From an uncultured delta proteobacterium (GTDB lineage Bacteria > Desulfobacterota > Syntrophia > Syntrophales > Fen-1087): a DNA stretch of 64,000 nucleotides. The translations under genes were made by a program, and so were the position numbers. Below, piece after piece: positions 17,136-28,028 of this stretch; position 1 is the stretch's first letter; each line of letters opens with the position of its first letter. The DNA is taken from contig CAVPWE010000005.1 in NCBI GenBank assembly GCA_963709485.1, forward strand, positions 68,012 to 132,011. Reading direction: 5' to 3'. The notes under the pieces were generated by a model. That model was not told where the DNA came from. It saw only the letters and a program-made list of their open reading frames with translations, and made no database searches.

Positions 17136-18041
17136 ATGCGGAAGGCGCGAACCGGCACGGCCCTGCCCCACCCGGCAGAGGCGGCGGCCCTCCGATTCAG
17201 GATCGGCGGCGTGTCCATCGCCATCGCGGGGCGCGCCCCGGGGGGTGAAGAAGAGATTCCGCCCTCCTACGCGCCCTTTATTGAAGACGGCCCGCCGGAC
17301 GTCCGGCTGCGCCTGCACCGGGGAGGCTTCGACGGGGACAGGGGCGAGCGGATTTTCACATGCCCCCCCGTCTGGTCCCTTTACCGGGGGAACGGCAGCC
17401 TCGTCATCGAGATCTTCCACGACCTGCCGGGCCTGGGCATGGAGAGAACCCTTGTCCTGGGGCCTTCACCCGAAAGCGCCGACCTTTACTTCAGCGGCGC
17501 GTCCGGCCGCTTTACTGATCCCTTTTTCGGCCCCGTCCTGGAAATCCTGATGGTCCACCACCTGGCCCGGGAAAGGGGCGTCATCCTGCACGGCTGCGGC
17601 ATCGTGAAGGGCGAAAGCGGCATTCTTTTCATCGGCGAATCCGGGGCCGGGAAAAGCACCCTGGCAAACCTGTGGCAGCGGGAAACGGGGATCGATGCGC
17701 TCAGCGACGACCGGATCATTGTCCGAAAAGAGGGGGGCGGCCTGCGCATGTACGGCACCCCCTGGCACGGCGAGGGCCGGTTCGCCTCCCCCGGGTCGGC
17801 GCGCCTGGAGCGGGTCTTCTTCCTGAGGCACGGCCGGGGCAACGAAGTCCGGCGGATCGGGGGCGCCGGGGCTTTATCGCAGCTGCTCTGCTGCTCCTTC
17901 CCCCCGCACTGGGACGCGGCGGGAATGGGCTTCACGCTGGACCTCTTCGGCTCTCTGGCTTCTCACGTCCCCTGTGCAGAGCTGGCCTTTCGGCCGGATG
18001 GAAGCGCCATTGCCTTCCTGACGGACCTCCTGGGGGATTGA
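17136..18041 (+). CDS. HPr-kinase-related P-loop kinase
   Basis: 301 aa. ILHGCGIVKGESGILFIGESGAGKSTLANLW and DDRIIV...YGTPWHGEG resemble the HPr kinase/phosphorylase C-terminal domain as found in RiPP (lasso-type) kinases. Confidence 0.65.
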   Translation: MRKARTGTALPHPAEAAALRFRIGGVSIAIAGRAPGGEEEIPPSYAPFIEDGPPDVRLRLHRGGFDGDRGERIFTCPPVWSLYRGNGSLVIEIFHDLPGLGMERTLVLGPSPESADLYFSGASGRFTDPFFGPVLEILMVHHLARERGVILHGCGIVKGESGILFIGESGAGKSTLANLWQRETGIDALSDDRIIVRKEGGGLRMYGTPWHGEGRFASPGSARLERVFFLRHGRGNEVRRIGGAGALSQLLCCSFPPHWDAAGMGFTLDLFGSLASHVPCAELAFRPDGSAIAFLTDLLGD

Positions 18042-18066
18042 GGAAATCAGGAGGTACGGCCCTCCC

Positions 18067-20835
18067 TCACTTCCCCTTCTCCAGCTTCCGCAGGGACTCC
18101 TCCATCTTCTTCAGCGCATCGCCGTAGGCGGCCCAGTTGCCCTGCTTCAGGAATTCCTGGGCTTTGCGGTAATGGCCGAGGGCCTCCGCCGCCAGCTCGC
18201 GTCCCGTCTGCTCCCGGACCGCCGGAACGGTCGCGGCCGCCGCGGCCGGGACCGTCGCGATCTCCTTCTCCCGCATCAGCTCGCCTCCGAAGATCCGCTG
18301 CAGCGCCAGCTCCAGGTTCTCCTCCATGGCGATGGCATTCCCGAAGGCGACGATCACCCGCTTCAGTTCCGGGAGCTGGCCCTTTTCCGCCGCCAGGTAG
18401 AGGGGCTCCACGTAGAGCATCGACTTCTCGATGGGGATGGCCAGCAGGCTCCCCCGGATCACCTGGGAGCCGCTCTGGTTCCAGAGGGAGAGCTGCTTGG
18501 AAATCTCCGTGTCCTGATCGATCCGCGCCTCGATCTGCCGGGGGCCGTAGACCAGCTTCTGCTTGGGGAAGTTGTAGACGATCACCTTCCCGTAGTTCGG
18601 CGCGTCGCAGCGGGCGGCCATCCAGGCGGACATGTTGTCCTTGTTGCGCGGGGTGAAGGGGAGCAGCAGGACGAACTCCTCCTTCTTTTCGCCGGGGAGC
18701 TTCATGATGGTGTAGTAGGGCTCCATTTCCTGCTCGCTGCCCTGGAAGGGCTTGCGGGGAATCGCCCAGAGGTCCTCCTTGTTGTAGAAGACCTGTGGGT
18801 CCTGCATGTGGTAGGCGCGGTACATTCGGGCCTGGATGGAGAGCATCCCCGGCGGATAGCGGACGTGGCGCTGCAGGTCCGGCGGGCATGTGCCGCAAGC
18901 TTCTGGAAGACCCCCGGGAAGATCTTCGCGTAGGTCTTCGGATGATCGGGTCGGCGTCGGATCGCTGACGTAGAAGGCGACGGTTCCGTCGTAGGCGTCC
19001 ACGATCGCCTTGACGGAGTTGCGGATGTAGTTGCCCAGCCGGGGGACCGGCTCCGAGTAGGGGTAACGGTCCGTCACGGTGTAGCCGTCCACGAACCAGA
19101 GGAGCCGGCCTTCCGGGGAGATGACCAGGTAGGGATCGGTGTCGAAGCGGACAAAGGGCGCGATCCGGGAGACCCGCTCCTTGATGTTCCGGTAGTACAT
19201 GACCCGGCTGTCGGAGGTGATGTCGTCGGACAGGAGGATCGTGAAGGCGCCGAAACGGATGGCGTAGAGCACCTTCCGGAAAAAGGACAGCGGCACGCCC
19301 CCCTTCCCTTCGTAGCGGGAATAGACGTTCTTGTCGCCCACGGGGTAGTCGAACTCGGGCCGCTTCGTCTTGACAAAGACGTACTCGTTGGACTGCTCGC
19401 CGAAGTAGATCTCCGGCCGGGTGATCTTGATGTTCGTCGAGGACACCGGAGGAATGTCCTTGATGAAGAACTCCGGAAGCCCCTCGCGGGTGATCCGGTT
19501 CACGGGGCCCATGACGGCGCCGTAGCCGTGGGTATAGGTCAGGTGCTCGTTGACCCAGGTTCGCGAGGGCAGGGCGGGGTAGGAAAGCTCCCGGGGGGAG
19601 AGCATGACCTGCCGGTATTCGCCGTCCACGGTGTAGCGGTCGTTGTCCACGTCGATGAACTTGTAGTAGGTGCGGATCTCCTGAAGCTGGGCGTACGTGA
19701 GGAGCAGCGGGGCGTGGTTCCAGAGCCGAATGTTCTTGATCGTCAGGTCGTTGCGCCGCAGGTCCTCCCGGGTCAGGTTCTCCTCCGCGGGGAAGATCCG
19801 GTCTTCGATGTCGTGCAGCCCATAGGCCAGGCGGGTGTACTTGATGTTCTGCTCGAGGTAGGGCTTTTCCAGGACGATCTCGTTGGGGATGACCTTGAAC
19901 TTCTGGACGAAGGCGGGGTAGAGTTCCCGGCCCACGATCAGCACGGCCAGAAACACCAGCACGAGGGCGGCGGGGATCCGCCAGTTCGGCCGGAAGATGA
20001 AATAAACGATGGACAGGGCGGCAAGCGGGCAGAGCGACATGAGCAGCCGCAGCACCCAGAGCTGCGTCGTGACGTCCGTGTAGCCGGGCCCGAAGACGAC
20101 GCCCCGCTTCACGTAGAGGATCTCGTTCAGGTCCAGCCAGAATCCCAGGGTGGCCAGCAGGAAGAGGGCCGCCCCGAGCGCCAGCAGGTGCGCGCGGGCC
20201 GCCGGCGCCCATTGCAGGCTCTTCGGGGGGATGAACAGCAGGGACCGGCGCAGGAGGTAGATGAACCCCGTCGCGAGGGAGGTTAGGATGAGAACGGCCA
20301 TCAGCCACCCGTAGATGTGCCGGATGAAGGGAAGCTGAAAGACGTAAAAACCGATGTCCCGCCCGAAAAGCGGATCGGATACGCCGAAGGGCGTGGCCTT
20401 CAGAAAGCGCAGCAGGTTCTCCCACTGCGGCGTCGCCTGCAGGGCCGCGAAGATGCCGAAGATGACGGAAACGATCAGGACGAGCCATTTCAGCGAGACC
20501 GCGTCGATGCCCCAGGGCGGAAAGGGGACGGCCCCTTCGCGGTGGACAAGCTGGATCCGCTCCGACAGGCGGCCGGCCAGAAACAGGTTCGAATAAAAGA
20601 TCAGGAAGAAAGCGAGGCCGAACAGGACCGCGACCTGGAGCTGGGCCAGGAGCGTGACGGTGAAGATCCGCTCGTAGCCCACCTCCTGGAACCAGAACCA
20701 GTCGGTGATCAGCCCCGTCATTCGAAAGACCAGGACGACGGCGACGAAAAGAACGATGAAGAGGGCGATGCCCCGGCCTCCCTGGACCGGCCGGCGCGGC
20801 TGCCCCAGGTTTCTCAAAACGGTTTTCAGGTCCAT
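18067..20835 (-). CDS. UPF0182-family large polytopic membrane protein
   Basis: 922 aa. The N-terminal third has several TM helices and the DWFWFQEVGY motif, followed by a large soluble C-terminal region. The overlapping 18047-20890 ORF is a GC-shadow frame. Confidence 0.7.
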   Translation of the reverse strand: MDLKTVLRNLGQPRRPVQGGRGIALFIVLFVAVVLVFRMTGLITDWFWFQEVGYERIFTVTLLAQLQVAVLFGLAFFLIFYSNLFLAGRLSERIQLVHREGAVPFPPWGIDAVSLKWLVLIVSVIFGIFAALQATPQWENLLRFLKATPFGVSDPLFGRDIGFYVFQLPFIRHIYGWLMAVLILTSLATGFIYLLRRSLLFIPPKSLQWAPAARAHLLALGAALFLLATLGFWLDLNEILYVKRGVVFGPGYTDVTTQLWVLRLLMSLCPLAALSIVYFIFRPNWRIPAALVLVFLAVLIVGRELYPAFVQKFKVIPNEIVLEKPYLEQNIKYTRLAYGLHDIEDRIFPAEENLTREDLRRNDLTIKNIRLWNHAPLLLTYAQLQEIRTYYKFIDVDNDRYTVDGEYRQVMLSPRELSYPALPSRTWVNEHLTYTHGYGAVMGPVNRITREGLPEFFIKDIPPVSSTNIKITRPEIYFGEQSNEYVFVKTKRPEFDYPVGDKNVYSRYEGKGGVPLSFFRKVLYAIRFGAFTILLSDDITSDSRVMYYRNIKERVSRIAPFVRFDTDPYLVISPEGRLLWFVDGYTVTDRYPYSEPVPRLGNYIRNSVKAIVDAYDGTVAFYVSDPTPTRSSEDLREDLPGGLPEACGTCPPDLQRHVRYPPGMLSIQARMYRAYHMQDPQVFYNKEDLWAIPRKPFQGSEQEMEPYYTIMKLPGEKKEEFVLLLPFTPRNKDNMSAWMAARCDAPNYGKVIVYNFPKQKLVYGPRQIEARIDQDTEISKQLSLWNQSGSQVIRGSLLAIPIEKSMLYVEPLYLAAEKGQLPELKRVIVAFGNAIAMEENLELALQRIFGGELMREKEIATVPAAAAATVPAVREQTGRELAAEALGHYRKAQEFLKQGNWAAYGDALKKMEESLRKLEKGK

Positions 20836-21245
20836 GATTTCTCCTTCCGGGGAACGACATCGAAGCCCTGCTCGCGGAAATGTCTGTCAAAAGTAAAGGC
20901 CCCTCTCAACCCGGCCCGGCGCATCACTGCGAAGCTGACGCAATCGACCAGACTGAGCCTTTTTCGCGATGCCGTAATCAGCATCTCGACAGCAGCCCGG
21001 TGCGTCGCCTCTGTCACCCATTCGACGGCCATCACGGGAAAGATGTCGCCATGGAGGACCTTGACCGCTTGCATCCCCAGCCGGTGCTGCGCCAGTGCGA
21101 AGGTTTCGACAATGACATAGCTCGTCGTCACGAGATTCTCCCCGGATGACAGGATTTCCTGCCATGCGGCGTCTGCCTCTCCGTGATGCCTGTCATCGGC
21201 ATCCAGGACGGCCAGTAGGCCCGATGTATCGATGAAGACACTCAT
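20826..21245 (-). CDS. vapC: PIN-domain toxin (VapC-like)
   Basis: 139 aa. Begins MSVFIDTSGLLAVLDADD (first acidic PIN residue), then SYVIVET and LSLVDCVSFAVM. 4-nt overlap with the upstream RHH gene. Confidence 0.75.
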   Translation of the reverse strand: MSVFIDTSGLLAVLDADDRHHGEADAAWQEILSSGENLVTTSYVIVETFALAQHRLGMQAVKVLHGDIFPVMAVEWVTEATHRAAVEMLITASRKRLSLVDCVSFAVMRRAGLRGAFTFDRHFREQGFDVVPRKEKSWT

Positions 21246-21490
21246 TGCTTGAAAGTGTCGGCAAGGTACCGGTCATGATTTTCGGACAGGTCGTGGATGC
21301 CGGAGCGGAATCGCCCCGAAGCGGCGCGCGCTTTTTCCCGAAGATCCCGCAGATCGGGGTAGGGTCCCGAATCGACCATGCGGTCGACCGCCCGCCGAAT
21401 GAGTTCCGCCATGGAAAGACGTTTCGTCGCCGCCATCTTCTTCAGAATGGACGCCTGCGCTTCCGTCAATTGTATTTGCGTTCTGACCAT
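21242..21490 (-). CDS. vapB: ribbon-helix-helix (CopG/VapB-like) antitoxin
   Basis: 82 aa. RTQIQLTEAQASILKKMAATKRLSMAELIRRAVDRM is a typical RHH N-terminus. Confidence 0.7.
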   Translation of the reverse strand: MVRTQIQLTEAQASILKKMAATKRLSMAELIRRAVDRMVDSGPYPDLRDLREKARAASGRFRSGIHDLSENHDRYLADTFKQ

Positions 21491-21764
21491 TTATACCACC
21501 CATGATTACATTTTGATGCATATGATAACAGAACGAATCCCGCATTGTCAATCTGATAAAACCATCATATAAAACCGAAGTGATATGGGGGTTGCCATAT
21601 TTTTCATTGCAACTCCCCCCCGCGTGTCGTAACTTGACGGAAGACCGCGCGGTGCGGGCGGCGCCTCGAAGCCGGGCGGAAAGCGATCCAGGAAAGGGGA
21701 CAGGTTCATTGCGAACGCATGGTGTGAAAATGCCCGGGACGAATTTGCCGGGGGGCATGGTCCC

Positions 21765-23087
21765 GTGAAACCGGTCGTGGCCATCGTCGGCCGCCCGAAC
21801 GTGGGAAAATCGACGCTGTTCAACCGGCTGGCCCGCCGGCGCAAGGCCATCGTCATCGACCAGCCGGGCGCCACGCGGGACCGGAACTACGCCGAATGCC
21901 TCTGGAACGGCAAGGCCTGCCTGCTCATCGACACCGGCGGGTTCGAACCAGCGGCGACGGAGGGCATCCTCGTCCAGATGCGGGAGCAGACCCGCCTCGC
22001 CATCGAGGAGGCGGACATCATCGTCTTTCTTATGGACGGTCCGCAGGGGCTGACCCCGGGCGACCGGACAATCGCCGCCCTCCTGCGGGGCGTCGCGAAG
22101 CCCGTCTTTTGTGCCGTCAACAAGATCGACGGCCTGAAGCACGAGACGCTGTCCTACGAATTCTACGGCCTGGGCGTGGAAACCCTCTACCCCGTCTCCG
22201 CGCAGCACGGCCCGGGCGTGGCGGAACTCATGGACGACATGGCGCGCCTGATGCCGGAGACGCCGCCGGAGGAAGCGGAGGAGGAGCGGATTCGGATTGC
22301 CGTCATCGGGAAGCCCAATGTCGGCAAATCCTCCCTGGTGAACCGTCTGCTCGGCTACGAGCGCACCATCGCCAACCCCGTTCCGGGAACGACGCGGGAC
22401 GCCATCGACACGCCCTTCGCCTTCCGGGGGCGGAAGTATCTCCTCATCGACACCGCCGGAATCCGGCGGAAAAGCCGGGTCAGCCTGACCCTGGAAAAGT
22501 ACAGCGTGATCCAGGCCCTCAAGGCCGTCAGCCGCTGCGACATCGCGCTCATCCTGATCGACGCGGAGGAGGGCGTCACCGAGCAGGACGCCAAGATTGC
22601 CGGCCTCGCCCTGGAAAGCGGGACGGCCTGCATCGTCGTCGTGAACAAGTGGGACCGGATCGCAAAGGACAACAGCACCGTCGGAAAATACGTCGTGAAA
22701 ATCAAAGACCAGATGAAGTTTCTCGATTTCGCCCCGATCCTGTTCGTATCCGCCCTCTCCGGCCAGCGGGTCGCCAAAATCTTCGACGCGGCGGAGGCCG
22801 TCTACGGCCAGTATACCCGGCGGGTCCAGACGCCGGAGCTGAACCGGAAGGTCCGGGAATTCCTGGACGCCAACCCGCCCCCGCAGTTCCGGAACAGGGC
22901 CAACCCCTTCAATTACGTATCCCAGGTGGCCGTCAAGCCGCCCACTTTCGCCTTCTTTGTCCGGGATCCCCGTTCCATTCACTTCTCCTACGAACGCTAC
23001 CTGATGAACCGGCTGCGGGAGGCCTTCGGATTCGACTTGGTGCCGCTGCGCCTCCTCTTCAAGCGGAAAGCCCGGGAGCGGTCTTAA
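21765..23087 (+). CDS. der: ribosome-associated GTPase Der/EngA
   Basis: GTG start. Two G domains ([14 protein letters not shown] and GKPNVGKSSLVNRL, each with DTGG/DTAG and NK.D) plus a KH-like C-terminus. Confidence 0.9.
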   Translation: MKPVVAIVGRPNVGKSTLFNRLARRRKAIVIDQPGATRDRNYAECLWNGKACLLIDTGGFEPAATEGILVQMREQTRLAIEEADIIVFLMDGPQGLTPGDRTIAALLRGVAKPVFCAVNKIDGLKHETLSYEFYGLGVETLYPVSAQHGPGVAELMDDMARLMPETPPEEAEEERIRIAVIGKPNVGKSSLVNRLLGYERTIANPVPGTTRDAIDTPFAFRGRKYLLIDTAGIRRKSRVSLTLEKYSVIQALKAVSRCDIALILIDAEEGVTEQDAKIAGLALESGTACIVVVNKWDRIAKDNSTVGKYVVKIKDQMKFLDFAPILFVSALSGQRVAKIFDAAEAVYGQYTRRVQTPELNRKVREFLDANPPPQFRNRANPFNYVSQVAVKPPTFAFFVRDPRSIHFSYERYLMNRLREAFGFDLVPLRLLFKRKARERS

Positions 23088-23215
23088 ACAGCCGGCCCGG
23101 CCGCGGCATCCGCCACTGCCGATTCACGCTGTTTTGTTTGACCTTTTGCCTTGACTCCGGTCCGCTTTTTCTGTAGCAGTAGAAGCGCTTTTCATCTGAA
23201 TTCAAGGAGGACTCT

Positions 23216-24349
23216 ATGGAAAAATGCAATTTTGCACGGTCGTTTCGCACCCTGCTACCGGCACTGCTCTTCACCTTTGCAATGACCGGCCCGGCGCCGG
23301 CGGCGGACACGATCAAGCTCGGCATCGCCGGCGCGCACAGCGGCGACCTGGCGTCCTACGGCCTGCCGTCCGTCAAGGCCGCCGAGCTGGTGGTCAGGGA
23401 CATCAATGCCAAAGGCGGCATCCTGGGGAAGAAAGTCGAACTCCTCATCGAGGACGACGCCTGCAAGCCGGAAATGGCGACGAACACCGCCACCAAGCTG
23501 GTGTCCGGAAAGGCGGACATCGTCATGGGGCACATCTGCAGCGGGGCCACCAAGGCGGCCCTGGGCATCTACAAGGACGCCAAACTGATCGCCGTGTCGC
23601 CCTCCGCGACGAACCCGGAGCTGACCCAGAGCGGCCAGTACCCCGGCTTCTTCCGCACCATCGCCTCGGACGACGCCCAGGCCATGCTGGAGGTGGATTT
23701 CGCGGTTAACCGGCTGAAGCTGAAAAAGATCGCCGTCCTCCACGACAAGGGCGACTACGGGAAAGGCCTGGCCGAATACGCGAAGAAATTCATCGAGGCC
23801 GGGAAAACGGCCCGGGTCGTCCTGTACGAGGGGATCACGCCCGGCGCCGTGGACTACTCCGCCATCGTCCTGAAAATCAAGCAGTCCGGGGCGGAAGGCG
23901 TGATCTACGGGGGCTACCATCCGGAAGCCTCGTCCATCGTCAGCCAGATGCGCAAGAAGGGGATGAAGACCCTCTTCATCTCCGACGACGGCGTGAAGGA
24001 CGTCACCTTCATCAAGGTGGCCGGCCGGTACGCCGAGGGCGTCTATGCCACCGGCCCCAAGGACACCTCGAAAAACCCCCTGGCCGTCGCGGCCAACGAG
24101 GCGCACAAGAAAGCCTACGGGTCCGATCCCGGCGCCTTTTTCCTGAACGCCTATGCGGCGACCCAGGCCATCCTCAATGCGATCGAAAAGGCCAAATCCA
24201 CGGAATCCGCCAAGGTCGCGAACGCCCTGCGGACCCATTCCGTGGATACGCCGCTGGGAAAGATCAGGTTCGACGCACGCGGCGACGCGATCGGCGTCGG
24301 CTTTGCCATGTACCAGGTGAAAAACGGCGTCTACGTGGAGGTGAAATAA
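23216..24349 (+). CDS. branched-chain amino-acid ABC transporter substrate-binding protein (LivJ/K-like)
   Basis: 377 aa. Signal peptide, then DTIKLGIAGAHSGDLASYG and GHICSGAT motifs typical of the Leu/Ile/Val-binding family. Confidence 0.8.
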   Translation: MEKCNFARSFRTLLPALLFTFAMTGPAPAADTIKLGIAGAHSGDLASYGLPSVKAAELVVRDINAKGGILGKKVELLIEDDACKPEMATNTATKLVSGKADIVMGHICSGATKAALGIYKDAKLIAVSPSATNPELTQSGQYPGFFRTIASDDAQAMLEVDFAVNRLKLKKIAVLHDKGDYGKGLAEYAKKFIEAGKTARVVLYEGITPGAVDYSAIVLKIKQSGAEGVIYGGYHPEASSIVSQMRKKGMKTLFISDDGVKDVTFIKVAGRYAEGVYATGPKDTSKNPLAVAANEAHKKAYGSDPGAFFLNAYAATQAILNAIEKAKSTESAKVANALRTHSVDTPLGKIRFDARGDAIGVGFAMYQVKNGVYVEVK

Positions 24350-24363
24350 CCGCTGCCGGGACC

Positions 24364-24396
24364 GGGGACGGGGCCGATGCCCCGTCCCCTTTTTTT
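24364..24396 (+). terminator. rho-independent terminator/attenuator hairpin after the binding-protein gene
   Basis: GGGGACGGGG-CCGATG-CCCCGTCCCC followed by TTTTTTT. Confidence 0.65.
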
Positions 24397-24418
24397 GTAT
24401 CGGCGCAGGGATTTTTGC

Positions 24419-25321
24419 ATGGACTATTTTCTGGAACTGTTCTTCGGCGGGCTGACCCGGGGGAGCATTTACGCGCTCATCGCCCTCGGCTACACGATGG
24501 TCTACGGCATCATCGAGCTGATCAATTTCGCCCACGGGGAGATCTACATGATCGGCGCCTTCACCGCGCTGATCGTGGCGAGTGTCCTGGCCATGGCGGG
24601 CTGGAGCGGGCTGTCCGTCCTCGCGCTGGCATCGGTGGTCGCCGTCCTCTATTCGGCCTGCTACGGCTTTACGGTGGAGAAGATCGCCTACAAGCCGCTC
24701 CGCCAGGCCCCCCGGCTTTCGCCCCTGATCAGCGCCATCGGCATGTCGATCTTTCTTCAGAATTACGTGATGCTGGCCCAGACCTCCGACTTCCTCCCCT
24801 TCCCCAGCCTCCTGCCGGACCTCGATTTCCTTCGGGAGCACATCCCCTTCATCGGGCCCACGGAACTGATCATCGTCCTGGTCACGGCCGCAATCATGGT
24901 GCTGCTCACCCTCCTCATCAAGTTCACGAAAATGGGCAAGGCCATGCGGGCCACCGCCCAGGACCGGAACATGGCCATGCTGGTCGGGGTGAACGTCAAC
25001 CGCGTGATCTCCCAGACCTTCATCATCGGCTCGGCCCTGGCGGCGGTGGGCGGGGTGCTCATCGCCTCCCATATCGGGCGGATCAACTTCTACATCGGCT
25101 TCATCGCGGGCATCAAGGCCTTCACGGCGGCGGTCCTCGGCGGCATCGGCAGCATCCCCGGGGCGGTTCTGGGCGCGCTCGTCCTGGGCTGGACGGAGAG
25201 CTTCGCCACCGGCTACGTGTCGAGCGACTACGAGGACGTATTCGCCTTCGCGCTCCTGGTGATCATCCTGATCTTCCGGCCGGCGGGGCTGCTGGGCCGA
25301 TCGACGACGCAGAAGGTGTGA
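24419..25321 (+). CDS. livH: branched-chain amino-acid ABC transporter permease LivH
   Basis: MDYFLELFFGGLTRGSIYALIALGYTMVYG is a typical LivH N-terminus. ATG 24419 preferred over ATG 24377. Confidence 0.85.
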   Translation: MDYFLELFFGGLTRGSIYALIALGYTMVYGIIELINFAHGEIYMIGAFTALIVASVLAMAGWSGLSVLALASVVAVLYSACYGFTVEKIAYKPLRQAPRLSPLISAIGMSIFLQNYVMLAQTSDFLPFPSLLPDLDFLREHIPFIGPTELIIVLVTAAIMVLLTLLIKFTKMGKAMRATAQDRNMAMLVGVNVNRVISQTFIIGSALAAVGGVLIASHIGRINFYIGFIAGIKAFTAAVLGGIGSIPGAVLGALVLGWTESFATGYVSSDYEDVFAFALLVIILIFRPAGLLGRSTTQKV

Positions 25322-26524
25322 CGCCGATGAAATGGCTTGAAGAAATCCGGAAATCGCTCGTGATCGCCTGCTGGTTCATGTTCCTCACCTTTCCCGTCAT
25401 GGTGATCCGGGTCAACACCATCGAGAAGGTGATCGACTGGCGCTGGCTGAACATGCTCTACGTCGGCGCCGGCGGCTTTGCCGTCTCCCTGCTCTGGCGC
25501 TACCTGATGGTGAAAACACCGGCAGGGACAAAGCCCGCCGGGGAAGAGGCGGAGAAGGCGCCGCCACTCCGGCGCCTTCGGGAGGACCCGAAGCTCCGCC
25601 GCCCCGCCCTGCTCCTGCTTGCCGCGGCCGCCCTGGCCTATCCTTTCCTGGTCTCCACCTACCAGGTGAACATCATGGTCACGGCGCTAATGTACGTCGT
25701 CCTGGGCCTGGGCCTCAACATCGTCGTGGGCCAGGCGGGCCTCCTGCATCTGGGCTACGCCGCCTTCTACGCGGCCGGCGCCTACACCTACGCCCTTCTG
25801 AACCACCATTTCGGCCTCGGCTTCTGGCTGGCCCTGCCGCTGGGGGGGATCGTGGCCGCGCTGTTCGGCATTCTCCTCGGGTTCCCGGTGCTGCGGCTCC
25901 GCGGGGACTACCTGGCCATCGTCACCCTGGGCTTCGGCGAAATCATCCGGCTGGTGCTGGAAAACTGGAACGCCTTCTCCTTCGGCCCCAGCGGGATCTC
26001 CGGCATTCCCCGGCCCGGTTTCTTCGGGGTCGAGATGAACCTCCAGTACGCCACGATCTATCTCTACTTCCTCATGATCGCCCTGTGCCTCTTCACGGTC
26101 TTTGTCGTCAGGCGGCTTCAGGATTCCCGCATCGGCCGCGCCTGGATCGCCCTCCGGGAGGATGAAATCGCCTGCCAGGCCATGGGCATCGACAAGACGC
26201 GGGCCAAGCTGACGGCCTTCGCGCTGGGCTCCACCTGGGCGGGGCTCGTCGGCGTCATCTTCGCAGCCAAGACCACCTTCGTGAACCCCGCCAGCTTCAC
26301 CTTCCTGGAATCGGCCATGATCCTGTCGATGGTGGTGCTGGGCGGCATGGGTTCCACCCTCGGGGTCGCCCTGGGGGCCTTCATCCTGGTGCTGCTCCCG
26401 GAATATCTGCGCGTCTTTTCCGACTACCGGATGCTCCTGTTCGGCATCATCATGGTGATCATGATGGTCTTCCGCCCCCAGGGCATCGTGAGCGGCATCC
26501 GCCGGACCTACGAATATCGGGAAA

Positions 26525-27320
<796 letters not shown>

Positions 27321-27328
<8 letters not shown>

Positions 27329-28025
27329 ACTGCGGAACATCCGGACCTGCTACGGCAGCATCGAGGTCCTGAAGGACATCCGCCTGACCGTGGCGGAAGG
27401 CGAAATCATCACCCTGATCGGGGCCAACGGCGCCGGCAAGTCGACGACGCTCATGTCCGTCTGCGGCATCGTCCCGCCCCGCTCCGGTGAAATCCGCTTT
27501 CTGGGCCGCCCGATCCACGGCCTGAGCCCGGATGCGATCGTGGCGCTGGGCATCTCCCAGGTCCCCGAGGGGCGCCGGATCTTCCCGCAGCTCACCGTCC
27601 TGGAAAACCTGGACATGGGCGCTTTCCTCCGGAAGGACAGGCAGGAAATCCGGAAGGACATCGAACACATCTTCACGCTTTTCCCCATCCTGGCCGAGCG
27701 GCGCCGCCAGGGGGGCGGCACGCTCTCCGGCGGGGAGCAGCAGATGCTGGCCATCTCCCGGGCCCTCATGGCAAGGCCCCGCCTGCTGCTGCTGGACGAG
27801 CCTTCCCTGGGGCTCGCGCCGCTCATGGTGAAGCTGATTTTCGAAATCCTGCGGAAGATCAACGAGGAGGGGACCACCATTTTTCTGGTCGAGCAGAACG
27901 CCCACATGGCCCTTCGGCTGGCGCATCGGGGCTACGTCATGGAGAACGGCCGCATTACCCTGGAGGGCCCCGCCGCGGAACTGCTGGCCAACGACGAGGT
28001 CCGGAGGGCCTACCTGGGAATATAA
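27321..28025 (+). CDS. livF: ABC transporter ATP-binding protein LivF
   Basis: Walker A GANGAGKST, LSGGEQQMLAISRAL, LLLDEPSLGLAP. Confidence 0.85.
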
Positions 28026-28028
28026 TCT

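Noticed and set aside
5456-18041. Interpretation of the cluster as a lasso-peptide locus (PqqD + kinase + nucleotidyltransferase are lasso-associated)
   Set aside because: No Asn-synthetase-like lasso cyclase and no transglutaminase-like B2 protease are present. The core lacks the usual N-terminal Gly/Ala...Asp/Glu ring pattern, and a radical SAM-SPASM enzyme is present instead.
18047-20890. 947-aa ORF in an alternative minus-strand frame overlapping the UPF0182 gene
   Set aside because: Pro/Arg/Gly-rich nonsense. The 18067-20835 frame gives a coherent polytopic membrane protein.
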